The position numbers and the translations under genes are program-made. Under the pieces are notes generated by a model. It was given only the letters and a program-made list of their open reading frames with translations, had not been told where the DNA came from and made no database searches. A stretch of DNA of 64,000 nucleotides from Spirochaetia bacterium (GTDB lineage: Bacteria > Spirochaetota > Spirochaetia > DSM-2461), in the NCBI GenBank assembly GCA_963668315.1, contig OY764216.1:2048001-2112000 (forward strand), in the 5' to 3' direction. Positions 56,413 through 64,000 of this stretch are shown in pieces. Positions within the stretch are counted from its first letter, which is position 1, and each line of letters starts with the position of its first letter.

Positions 56413-58740
56413 ATGAAAAAAAGGGAAAATGAACCGGAAAATCCGTCTGCCGTCAAAACCCGTAAACGGGGAAAAGTCTTCTACCGTCTGCTGTTCTCCT
56501 ACTTCGTCATTCTTCTTATTCCCCTGATGCTCAGTCTGGCCGTCTACCGCCAAACCCATTTTCTTCTGCGTCAGGAAGCCGAAAGGGCCAACGAACTCCT
56601 GCTGAATCAGATGAAAGCCTATTGCGACGAGGCGGTGAAGGATGCCCTTTCCATTACCTCCCTTGTCTCAAATAATGACAGGCTCAAGGGACTTATTTAT
56701 GAGAAAGGACCGGTGAACAGCAATATCTACTACCGTTCCTATTCGGCGGTGAAGGATTTTTCCGACTATCTGCTGGCCAACCGCAATATCCTTTCGTTCT
56801 GCGTCTATATCAAGGCGCTGGATCTTATGATCTCTCCCTTCGGATTTTACAGTACGGAAAGCTATTACGAGAATGTCCTCAACGGAATAGACTATACCTA
56901 CGACGAGTGGCTTTCCTATTTTACCGAGATCAGGGGAAGGTATTACTCCCCCTTTAAGACGATGGATCTTTCGGTAAAGCAGAAGGACACTCTGGCCGTT
57001 TTCTCTCCCATTCCCAATACGGAGATCATGGGAAACGCCCGGGGGGCCTGCGTCGTGGAGCTGGACTTGTCCCTTTTCACCAATCTGATGAAAGACACCG
57101 TGTGGACGGACAGGAGCATCCTGGCCATCTATGACAGGGACAGGGGCATACTTGCCTCCTCCCGGGAGGAGATCTCCCAGGAGGCATTAAATGAAAAGGT
57201 CAGTACCCCCGAGCTTTTCGACGGTTCCCTTGATACGCTGGAATGGGGTGACATGAAATACGCTGTCCTGGTCACCCGGTCGGATGTGGTGCCCTGGTCA
57301 TATATCTCCCTCATTCCCGAGGATATTTATAACGATATGTTCATCCGTCTCTTCAGGCTGTATATCCTGTTTTTTCTCTTTTTTTCCCTGATCGGGGGAT
57401 TGCTGGTATTCCTTACGGCCAGAAACAGGTACAAACCCATTCAGGATATCCTCAAGCTCATACAGCCGGAAGGGAAGGGGGATATCACCCTCTCCAACGA
57501 TGAATATAATTTGATTTCCCGCGGAATTCAGCTGACTCTGGATGAGGATAACCGGCTGAGGCAGGAGATGAAAGCCAACCAGCCCATCCTGCAGCAGAGG
57601 GAGATGCGCCGGCTTCTGAAGGGGGAGATTCTCTGGGACCCGGCGGAAGAAGAGAGAAGCCGGAAACTGGGACTCTCCTTTCCGAAGAATTACTTCCTCC
57701 TCGTTCTCATGGATATTGAACTGGAAGAGGATGCCCCTCCTTCTCTCATGGCTGAGTGTCTCAGCTTGATGCAGTCCCGGGACGTGATTAATGAGGACAC
57801 CTTTCTTATCAAAGATCTGGACGGTCACGTGGGTTATTTCATCAATCGGGATAAAAGCAGCTACTACGAGATTCTGGAGATGATGACCTGCGTCAGGGAA
57901 GAGATTGAGGAGATGTACTCCGTAGCCGTGGCTATCGGCCTGAGCCGTATACACGACCGGTCGGAGGGGTTCAAGATTCTCTACCGGGAGGCCCTGAGGG
58001 CACTGGAATACCGTCTGGTCAAGGGGCGTTCCGTTCCTATTCTCTACGATGATATTCTTAAGAGCACCCATACCTATTATTATCCCCTCGATGAGGAGAG
58101 AAAATTCATAGCCGCCATCCGGTCCGGTTCGGAACAGGACGCCTTCGATATCCTGGATCATATCCTGAAAACGAATTTCGATGGAACGCACCCCATGTCC
58201 GTGGAGATGGCCCGGTGCCTCATGCATGATCTGATCGCTACTCTGGTGAAAGGTCTGGAGTCCTATCTCAGCGAGGAGACGAATTTCTGGTTTGAGCTGA
58301 GGCCTATTCACCGCCTTACGGCCTGCAAGTCCTTTGAGTCTCTGAAAGTCGAGATGGAAGATATCCTTTACCATGTCTGCAACTATATTAAGAAAGGGCA
58401 GAAAAGCCATAACGAGAAACTTAAGGATGAAATCATGGTGTTCGTGGAGGAGCATTATGCCGATCCCGGTCTCTGCGCCGATATGATCGCCGATCAATTT
58501 GAGAGGAATTCGGCTTATCTGGCGCGTTTTTTTAAGGAGCAGGCGGGTCTGGGGCTTGCCGCTCACATCAAACACCTCCGGGTACAGAAGAGTCTTGCCC
58601 TGCTGGAGGATGATAAGAAAACAGTGGCTACCATGGCCGGAGAGCTGGGTTTTTCCAATACCAATGCCTATATCCGCGCCTTCAAGGAAAACATGGGCAT
58701 CACTCCCGGGCAGTACAGAGAAAAAAGACTGATAGGGTGA
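56413..58740 (+). CDS. Membrane-bound AraC regulator with extracytoplasmic sensor (YesS/YtdP-like)
   Basis: 2 TM flanking a large periplasmic domain; C-terminal YLARFFKE..G, ELGFSN....RAFK...GITPGQYR. Confidence 0.9.
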   Translation: MKKRENEPENPSAVKTRKRGKVFYRLLFSYFVILLIPLMLSLAVYRQTHFLLRQEAERANELLLNQMKAYCDEAVKDALSITSLVSNNDRLKGLIYEKGPVNSNIYYRSYSAVKDFSDYLLANRNILSFCVYIKALDLMISPFGFYSTESYYENVLNGIDYTYDEWLSYFTEIRGRYYSPFKTMDLSVKQKDTLAVFSPIPNTEIMGNARGACVVELDLSLFTNLMKDTVWTDRSILAIYDRDRGILASSREEISQEALNEKVSTPELFDGSLDTLEWGDMKYAVLVTRSDVVPWSYISLIPEDIYNDMFIRLFRLYILFFLFFSLIGGLLVFLTARNRYKPIQDILKLIQPEGKGDITLSNDEYNLISRGIQLTLDEDNRLRQEMKANQPILQQREMRRLLKGEILWDPAEEERSRKLGLSFPKNYFLLVLMDIELEEDAPPSLMAECLSLMQSRDVINEDTFLIKDLDGHVGYFINRDKSSYYEILEMMTCVREEIEEMYSVAVAIGLSRIHDRSEGFKILYREALRALEYRLVKGRSVPILYDDILKSTHTYYYPLDEERKFIAAIRSGSEQDAFDILDHILKTNFDGTHPMSVEMARCLMHDLIATLVKGLESYLSEETNFWFELRPIHRLTACKSFESLKVEMEDILYHVCNYIKKGQKSHNEKLKDEIMVFVEEHYADPGLCADMIADQFERNSAYLARFFKEQAGLGLAAHIKHLRVQKSLALLEDDKKTVATMAGELGFSNTNAYIRAFKENMGITPGQYREKRLIG

Positions 58741-58945
58741 TTTTTCTTCGGAATTATCCATCAATAACAGCAAAGGGCGATAGGATATTCTATAGAATTG
58801 CCTATGAACCTGTGTTTTTGAATACCCCTGTCTTTCTTTACGGCCAGGGATCTTCGAAAACAGTTATTTACAGATGAACAAAGCCCCTGCCATAATTTCC
58901 TTGGTTTCCCGAGGGGGAACTAAACTTATTAATTGGAGAGTTTTT

Positions 58946-60553
58946 ATGAAAAAATTACTGCTTTTCTTGCTGATTTCCTTCCTGACGGCGGGAATGACAT
59001 TTGCCAACGGCAAGGATGACTCCGCGTCATCCGATGCCCGGGAACTGACTATCTGGGAGGGATTGAGCGAACATATTTCGGTAACCTATCCCACTCTGGA
59101 CGATACGCCCCTCTATAAGGAGATGCAGAAACGATTGAATATTGACGTTACCTGGATTCATCCCCCCCAGGGGCAGGATAACGAGAATTTCAATCTGATG
59201 ATCGCCTCAAACGAACTTCCCGACATCATCTACCGGGAATGGCTCGGCGGTTATCCCGGCGGTCCCGAAAAAGCCATCAGCGACGGGGTTATTCTCAAGC
59301 ACAACGACATCCTCAAGCAGTACGCACCCAACTATATGTCCTATGTGAACACCCACCCCGAATCGGCCAAGCAGATTAAAACCGATGCGGGAACCATGTA
59401 CGGATTCAATTTTTTCCGCAGCCCCGATGGTGATCTGGACCTGACCGTCTTCTACGGTCCCCAGATCAGAAAGGACTGGCTTGACGATCTCGGGCTGGAC
59501 GTTCCCGAAACCATCGATGACTGGGAAGATGTGCTCACCGCCTTCAAAGAGAGCGGAAAGACCGATTCTCCCCTGGGATTCACAAAGATCGGCCTGGGCC
59601 GTTCGGTTATCGATCCGGCCAACCAGGGTGTTTTCGTTCAGGCCTTCAAGACTTCCTACGATTTTTACATCGCCGATTCCGGGGAAGTCCGCTTCGGACC
59701 TCTCGATCCCCAGTTCAAGGATTTTCTTATCCTGTTCAAAGACTGGTATGAAAAGGGGCTTGTCGATCCGGAATTCATCTCCTGCGAGAGAAAAGCTTTT
59801 GACGCGAAAGTCGTCAATGGCGACATCGGCGCCTGGGTCTCCTTTACCAACTCCGGTATCGGCGCCTATCTGGACGTTATGAAGAATTCCCCCGAGCCCT
59901 TTGACATCGCACCCACTCCCTATCCGGTTCTCAAATCGGGCGACGTCCCTTTCCTGGGACAGATGGATGCCCTGGGCCGCTCCGAAGCCATGTCCATCAC
60001 ACCCCAGTGCGACAATATTCCCCTGGCCTGCGAATGGCTTGACTACGGCTATGCCGGAGAGGGTCTTGAACTCATGAACTACGGTATAGAAGGAGAGAGC
60101 TTCAACTGGGTTACCGATTTCCCCGGATTCGAGGGGCAGAGATGGCCCGAGTATACCGATCTGATCATGGATAATCCCGAGGGAAAAACCAAGGCCCAGA
60201 TGGGTTACATCTATACCAGGGCCTTCTACTCCGGCCCCACCATCCAGCAGTGGCCCTATCTCTACCAGTACGCCGAAAGGCCCGCCCAGAGAAAAGCCAT
60301 CGAATTGTGGGCCGAGGCCGACGCCGAAACCCATCAGCTTCCCCCGATCTCCGCCACTGCGGAAGAAGCGGAGGATCTGGCTACCATCATGTCCGAGATC
60401 AACACCTACCGGGAAGAGATGCTCATCAAGTTTATCACCGGCCAGGAACCCCTTTCCAATTTCGGAGCCTTCCAGGACCGCCTGAAAAAAATGAACATTG
60501 AAAGGGCCATCGAAATCAAGCAGGCCGGTCTCGACCGGTACAACGCCCGTTAA
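58946..60553 (+). CDS. Carbohydrate ABC transporter substrate-binding protein (LplA-like)
   Basis: FNLMIAS.ELPD, IRKDWL..LGL..PET.DDW, KFITG..PL. Confidence 0.92.
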   Translation: MKKLLLFLLISFLTAGMTFANGKDDSASSDARELTIWEGLSEHISVTYPTLDDTPLYKEMQKRLNIDVTWIHPPQGQDNENFNLMIASNELPDIIYREWLGGYPGGPEKAISDGVILKHNDILKQYAPNYMSYVNTHPESAKQIKTDAGTMYGFNFFRSPDGDLDLTVFYGPQIRKDWLDDLGLDVPETIDDWEDVLTAFKESGKTDSPLGFTKIGLGRSVIDPANQGVFVQAFKTSYDFYIADSGEVRFGPLDPQFKDFLILFKDWYEKGLVDPEFISCERKAFDAKVVNGDIGAWVSFTNSGIGAYLDVMKNSPEPFDIAPTPYPVLKSGDVPFLGQMDALGRSEAMSITPQCDNIPLACEWLDYGYAGEGLELMNYGIEGESFNWVTDFPGFEGQRWPEYTDLIMDNPEGKTKAQMGYIYTRAFYSGPTIQQWPYLYQYAERPAQRKAIELWAEADAETHQLPPISATAEEAEDLATIMSEINTYREEMLIKFITGQEPLSNFGAFQDRLKKMNIERAIEIKQAGLDRYNAR

Positions 60554-60568
60554 TTTACCCGATCCCAT

Positions 60569-60590
60569 CCCCGGTCCGGAGGGACCGGGG
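60569..60590 (+). terminator. Hairpin after the binding-protein gene (mRNA stabiliser or attenuator)
   Basis: CCCCGGTCC-GGAG-GGACCGGGG. Confidence 0.55.
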
Positions 60591-60627
60591 CTTCCTTAAA
60601 ACCCATATTTACTCACAGGAAGAGAAA

Positions 60628-61596
60628 ATGAATAAAAAAAATGCAAGGACAGAGCTCCGTTCCTCCCGGCCGAAAATCGGTCAGGCCGGTTACGGGACGA
60701 TGCTCAGAAAGGATTTCCTGAAAAACAAATACGTCTACCTGATGGCCCTTCCCGTGGTCCTTTACTATATTCTGTTCCACTACATGCCCATGTACGGCGT
60801 AATTATTTCCTTCAAGAAATTTACCCCCGCTCTGGGGGTGGGCAAGTCCCCCTGGGTAGGTTTCAAATACTTTCATGATTTTTTCAACGCCTACTATTTC
60901 TGGCGTCTGATCCGGAATACGCTGCTCCTCAGCATCAATAATCTGATCTGGGGATTTCCCGCTCCCATCATTCTGGCCCTGCTCATCAATGAAGTGAAAA
61001 ACAACGGCTACAAGCGGGTCGTACAGAGCCTGACCTACATTCCCCACTTCATCTCCGTGGTGGTCGTCTGCGGCCTTCTCCTGGAGTTTTCCCAGCTCTC
61101 CGGGCTTTTTAACGACATAACTTCTTTCTTCGGTTTTGAAAGGGTGGCTTTCTTTCAGGAACCCCGTTTTTTCCGTCTTTTCTACATCGGTTCCGGGGTG
61201 TGGCAGGAAGTGGGCTGGGGTACCATCATCTACCTGGCGGCCCTGTCCGCCATCGATCCTCAGATTTATGAAGCGGCCACAATCGACGGGGCCGGCCGGT
61301 GGAGGAAGATGCAGTTCATCACTCTGCCTTCCATTGTGCCCACCATCATGATCCTCTTTATCATGCGCATGGGAACTATGCTTACCGTAGGGCACGAGAA
61401 GATTATTCTTCTCTACAATCCCACCATTTATGAAACGGCCGACGTCATATCCACCTTCGTCTACCGGAAGGGGCTTCTCGAATTCAACTGGAGCTACAGC
61501 ACGGCTGTGGGGCTTTTCAACTCGGCTATCAACTTCGCTTTGCTCGTCGTCACCAACCGTATCAGTGCCAAAGTCTCTGAAACGAGTCTCTGGTAG
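60628..61596 (+). CDS. Carbohydrate ABC permease (LplB-like)
   Basis: SPWVG, YIPHFIS, EAA motif YEAATIDGAGRW. Confidence 0.95.
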   Translation: MNKKNARTELRSSRPKIGQAGYGTMLRKDFLKNKYVYLMALPVVLYYILFHYMPMYGVIISFKKFTPALGVGKSPWVGFKYFHDFFNAYYFWRLIRNTLLLSINNLIWGFPAPIILALLINEVKNNGYKRVVQSLTYIPHFISVVVVCGLLLEFSQLSGLFNDITSFFGFERVAFFQEPRFFRLFYIGSGVWQEVGWGTIIYLAALSAIDPQIYEAATIDGAGRWRKMQFITLPSIVPTIMILFIMRMGTMLTVGHEKIILLYNPTIYETADVISTFVYRKGLLEFNWSYSTAVGLFNSAINFALLVVTNRISAKVSETSLW

Positions 61597-61607
61597 GAGG
61601 ACCCAAT

Positions 61608-62501
61608 ATGTCACAATTGAATAAACGAACCCCGGGAGAACTGGTCTTCGATGTGTTTAATCACCTTTTTCTGGCCTTCCTGTGTTTCATTATGCTCTAT
61701 CCCCTCTATTATGTCCTGGTCGCCTCATTAAGCGACGGGGCCCTCTTCATGGCCCATACGGGTATCCTCTGGAAACCCCTGGGATTCAGTACGGCCGCAT
61801 ATAAAATGGTTTTCACCAATCCCATGATCATCCGGGGGTTTATCAACTCCGTCTATCTGGTTATTGTGGGAACGGCAGTTAACCTCCTTATGACATCCTT
61901 CGCCGCCTATGTCCTTTCCCGGAAGGACGTCTACTGGAAGGGTTTTCTCATGAAAATGTCCGTTTTCACCATGTTCTTCCAGGGCGGACTGGTTCCCCTT
62001 TACCTGCAGATAAGAAATCTGGGCCTCCTGGACTCCTACTGGTCCATCATTCTCACCTTTGCCATAAGCACTTACAATATGATTATCATGAGAACCTATT
62101 TCCTCGGCATCCCCGATTCCCTGGAAGAATCGGCCCGGATGGACGGAGCCAATGATTTTGTCATTCTGTTCCGTATCATCCTTCCCGTCTCCATGCCCGT
62201 GGTCGCCACGATGATACTCTTCTACGGAGTTTCCCGGTGGAACGGATATTTCTATGTCATGATTTTTCTGCGGGACCGGATCAAATACCCCATATCCCTG
62301 ATCCTCCGTGAAATCCTGGTGGCCAATTCGGTGGACACCATGATGGACAGCAGCGGTTCGGGTATGTCCGATGCGGAACGGATCGCCGATACCATCAAGT
62401 TCGCCACCACCATCATTGCCACCGTGCCCATTCTGTTCGTATATCCCTTCCTTCAGAAGCATTTTGTCAAAGGAGTCATGATCGGATCGGTTAAAGGATA
62501 G
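61608..62501 (+). CDS. Carbohydrate ABC permease (LplC-like)
   Basis: GGLVP, EESARMDGAN, YPFLQKHFVKG...GSVKG. Confidence 0.95.
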   Translation: MSQLNKRTPGELVFDVFNHLFLAFLCFIMLYPLYYVLVASLSDGALFMAHTGILWKPLGFSTAAYKMVFTNPMIIRGFINSVYLVIVGTAVNLLMTSFAAYVLSRKDVYWKGFLMKMSVFTMFFQGGLVPLYLQIRNLGLLDSYWSIILTFAISTYNMIIMRTYFLGIPDSLEESARMDGANDFVILFRIILPVSMPVVATMILFYGVSRWNGYFYVMIFLRDRIKYPISLILREILVANSVDTMMDSSGSGMSDAERIADTIKFATTIIATVPILFVYPFLQKHFVKGVMIGSVKG

Positions 62502-62585
62502 ACTATTTGGGAAATTCATATTAAATTAATGTCCTTTCCTGTGCAAAAGTGCTATCTATAGTTGTTACATAGGAAAGGAGTTATC

Positions 62586-63824
62586 ATGTTTTTCCATAAT
62601 ACAACTAAAAGCTTATTTCTGATTATGACATTATGTTTTGCTTTTTACCTGGGGGCGGAGCAGATCGAGACGATAAATATAAGCGGTCTGAAAAGAACCC
62701 AGGATGAGACATTGCTTTCCATTATCGGCGTAAAACCGGGCGACGGGGTCACACCCGGCCTGACCGAGGCGATTGAGCAGAAAATGAGAAAAGCCGGTAT
62801 TTTTCAGGAAGAGATTACCGTGGAACTGGTTCCGGGAAGGGAAGGTCAAATCCTGAATATTACGGCCTATGATCAGTGGACCCTCATCGGTATTCCCTTC
62901 TTCGCCGTCTCTTCGGGCAATATGATGGGCGGAGCCTTTCTGATGGATTCCAATCTCAGGGGGAAGGGGAATCTCTTTGTCTCTTCCGTAATGCTCGGTC
63001 AGAACGGGGATGCCCAGGCTTTTCTTCTCTTCCGTGATCCCACTTTCAGGGATTCGGATATTTCTCTGAACGGCCGGATTTCCGGCGGGCGGACAACCGA
63101 TACCTATACCAGTCTGGACGAAAAGGACACATGGGAGGATTTTTCCTCCCCCTTCTTCAATCTGGGGACGACGGCGGGCTATGATCTCAATGACAGCCTT
63201 TCTCTGCGCCTGGGAGCGGACGGGATATACAGGCAGCTGGAGAAAGGCGATCTTCTTCCCCCGGGGGGAGAGGACAGCATGGTCGAACTGACCCTGAATG
63301 CCGGTATTTCCTATGACGGGACAACGGTCTTTCCCCTTTTCTACAAAGGAATCGGTGCCAGCATCAGCAGCGATATGAACTGGGTCCCCGGCGATGTTCC
63401 CACCTGGGCTCTATCGGGCGAAGCACGGGCCGGATGGCTGGTCGGAAATTTTCTCCATCTGCAGTTAGCCGGTAAGGGGGGAGTGACGGATAATCCCTAC
63501 TACTCCCTTTTCCAGCTGGGTGGCTCCACGGGAAGCATGACCCTGCCTGTCCGTCAGATCGCTTCCGACAGGTACCTTAACGGTGAATTCAAGAGTGAAA
63601 TACGTGTGGTTAAGTTCAGTCTCGGTTATCTGACGGCTCCTCTTTTTTACGAGGGGGGATATTTTCAGGACTACCGGGAAGAAGCCCAGTTCTACCAGGG
63701 CGTAGGGGGAGGATTCCGGTTCTATCTGGACAGGATAGCCCTGCCGGCCATGGGATTGGATTACCGCTATTGCCTGACCACCGATACGGGGGGCGTCAGT
63801 TTTTTTATGGGTATGTCCTACTAA
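62586..63824 (+). CDS. Omp85/BamA-TamA-like outer-membrane protein with a single POTRA domain
   Basis: Signal peptide; I..I.ISGLKRT POTRA start; D.NL.G.G barrel start; G.G.G.R...A.G.D and terminal aromatic FFMGMSY. Confidence 0.7.
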   Translation: MFFHNTTKSLFLIMTLCFAFYLGAEQIETINISGLKRTQDETLLSIIGVKPGDGVTPGLTEAIEQKMRKAGIFQEEITVELVPGREGQILNITAYDQWTLIGIPFFAVSSGNMMGGAFLMDSNLRGKGNLFVSSVMLGQNGDAQAFLLFRDPTFRDSDISLNGRISGGRTTDTYTSLDEKDTWEDFSSPFFNLGTTAGYDLNDSLSLRLGADGIYRQLEKGDLLPPGGEDSMVELTLNAGISYDGTTVFPLFYKGIGASISSDMNWVPGDVPTWALSGEARAGWLVGNFLHLQLAGKGGVTDNPYYSLFQLGGSTGSMTLPVRQIASDRYLNGEFKSEIRVVKFSLGYLTAPLFYEGGYFQDYREEAQFYQGVGGGFRFYLDRIALPAMGLDYRYCLTTDTGGVSFFMGMSY

Positions 63825-63836
63825 GGGGAGACAGCG

Positions 63837-64000
63837 TTGGGGTATAAGGAAATTCAGATTAATCTGCCGGTAGAACTCTTTGATGAAGAGATGAACCGGC
63901 GGATTCTCAGGAAGGTGGGTGTACGTTCGGGGAGGATTTCCCTTTTGAAAAAAAGCCTCGATTCCCGCAGGAAGAACCAGATTGTGTGGAATATCCGGGC
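63837..64000 (+). CDS. 5' end of a probable FAD-dependent oxidoreductase (runs off the right edge)
   Basis: TTG after GGGGAG: MGYKEIQINLP...KKSLDSRRKNQIVW, resembling the KS.DAR N-terminal motif of this family. Confidence 0.55.
   Translation, partial: MGYKEIQINLPVELFDEEMNRRILRKVGVRSGRISLLKKSLDSRRKNQIVWNIR

Noticed and set aside
1..64000. CRISPR array, prophage, transposase or known anti-phage defence genes
   Set aside because: No regularly spaced repeats, and no recognisable cas, phage, transposase, restriction-modification or other defence motifs were seen.

Overview
Chromosomal segment of a spirochaete, most likely a free-living Spirochaetaceae member. The assignment is inferred from the metG-femX linkage, the murI-rsgA-V-ATPase (E-C-A-B-D-I-K) synteny and the spirochaete-style lipoprotein and solute-binding signal peptides. 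About 58 coding regions plus tRNA-Phe(GAA) are present. Housekeeping blocks (hflX, iorAB, metG/femX, murI/rsgA, a probably Na+-coupled V/A-type ATPase) alternate with accessory blocks: an AT-richer lipoprotein cluster, a TRAP transporter with a membrane-tethered AraC regulator, PKD surface lipoproteins, a TetR-ABC exporter, a GNAT-rich array and a sugar ABC system. No integrase, transposase, prophage or CRISPR array was seen. The most notable observations are: (1) an orphan PHD-like antitoxin heading an operon with an aldo/keto reductase instead of a toxin, with a TGTACA operator inside its promoter; (2) a multi-TM-sensor/AraC fusion with 21-bp periodic repeats upstream of the neighbouring TRAP operon; (3) several genes broken in ways the ORF track hides (in-frame TAA in a lipoprotein peptidase, a comB remnant with its motif in another frame, a shortened pyrophosphatase, a probably split large lipoprotein); (4) repeated leaderless-mRNA promoter architecture, including metG. 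All family names come from motif recognition by eye; no database search was run.
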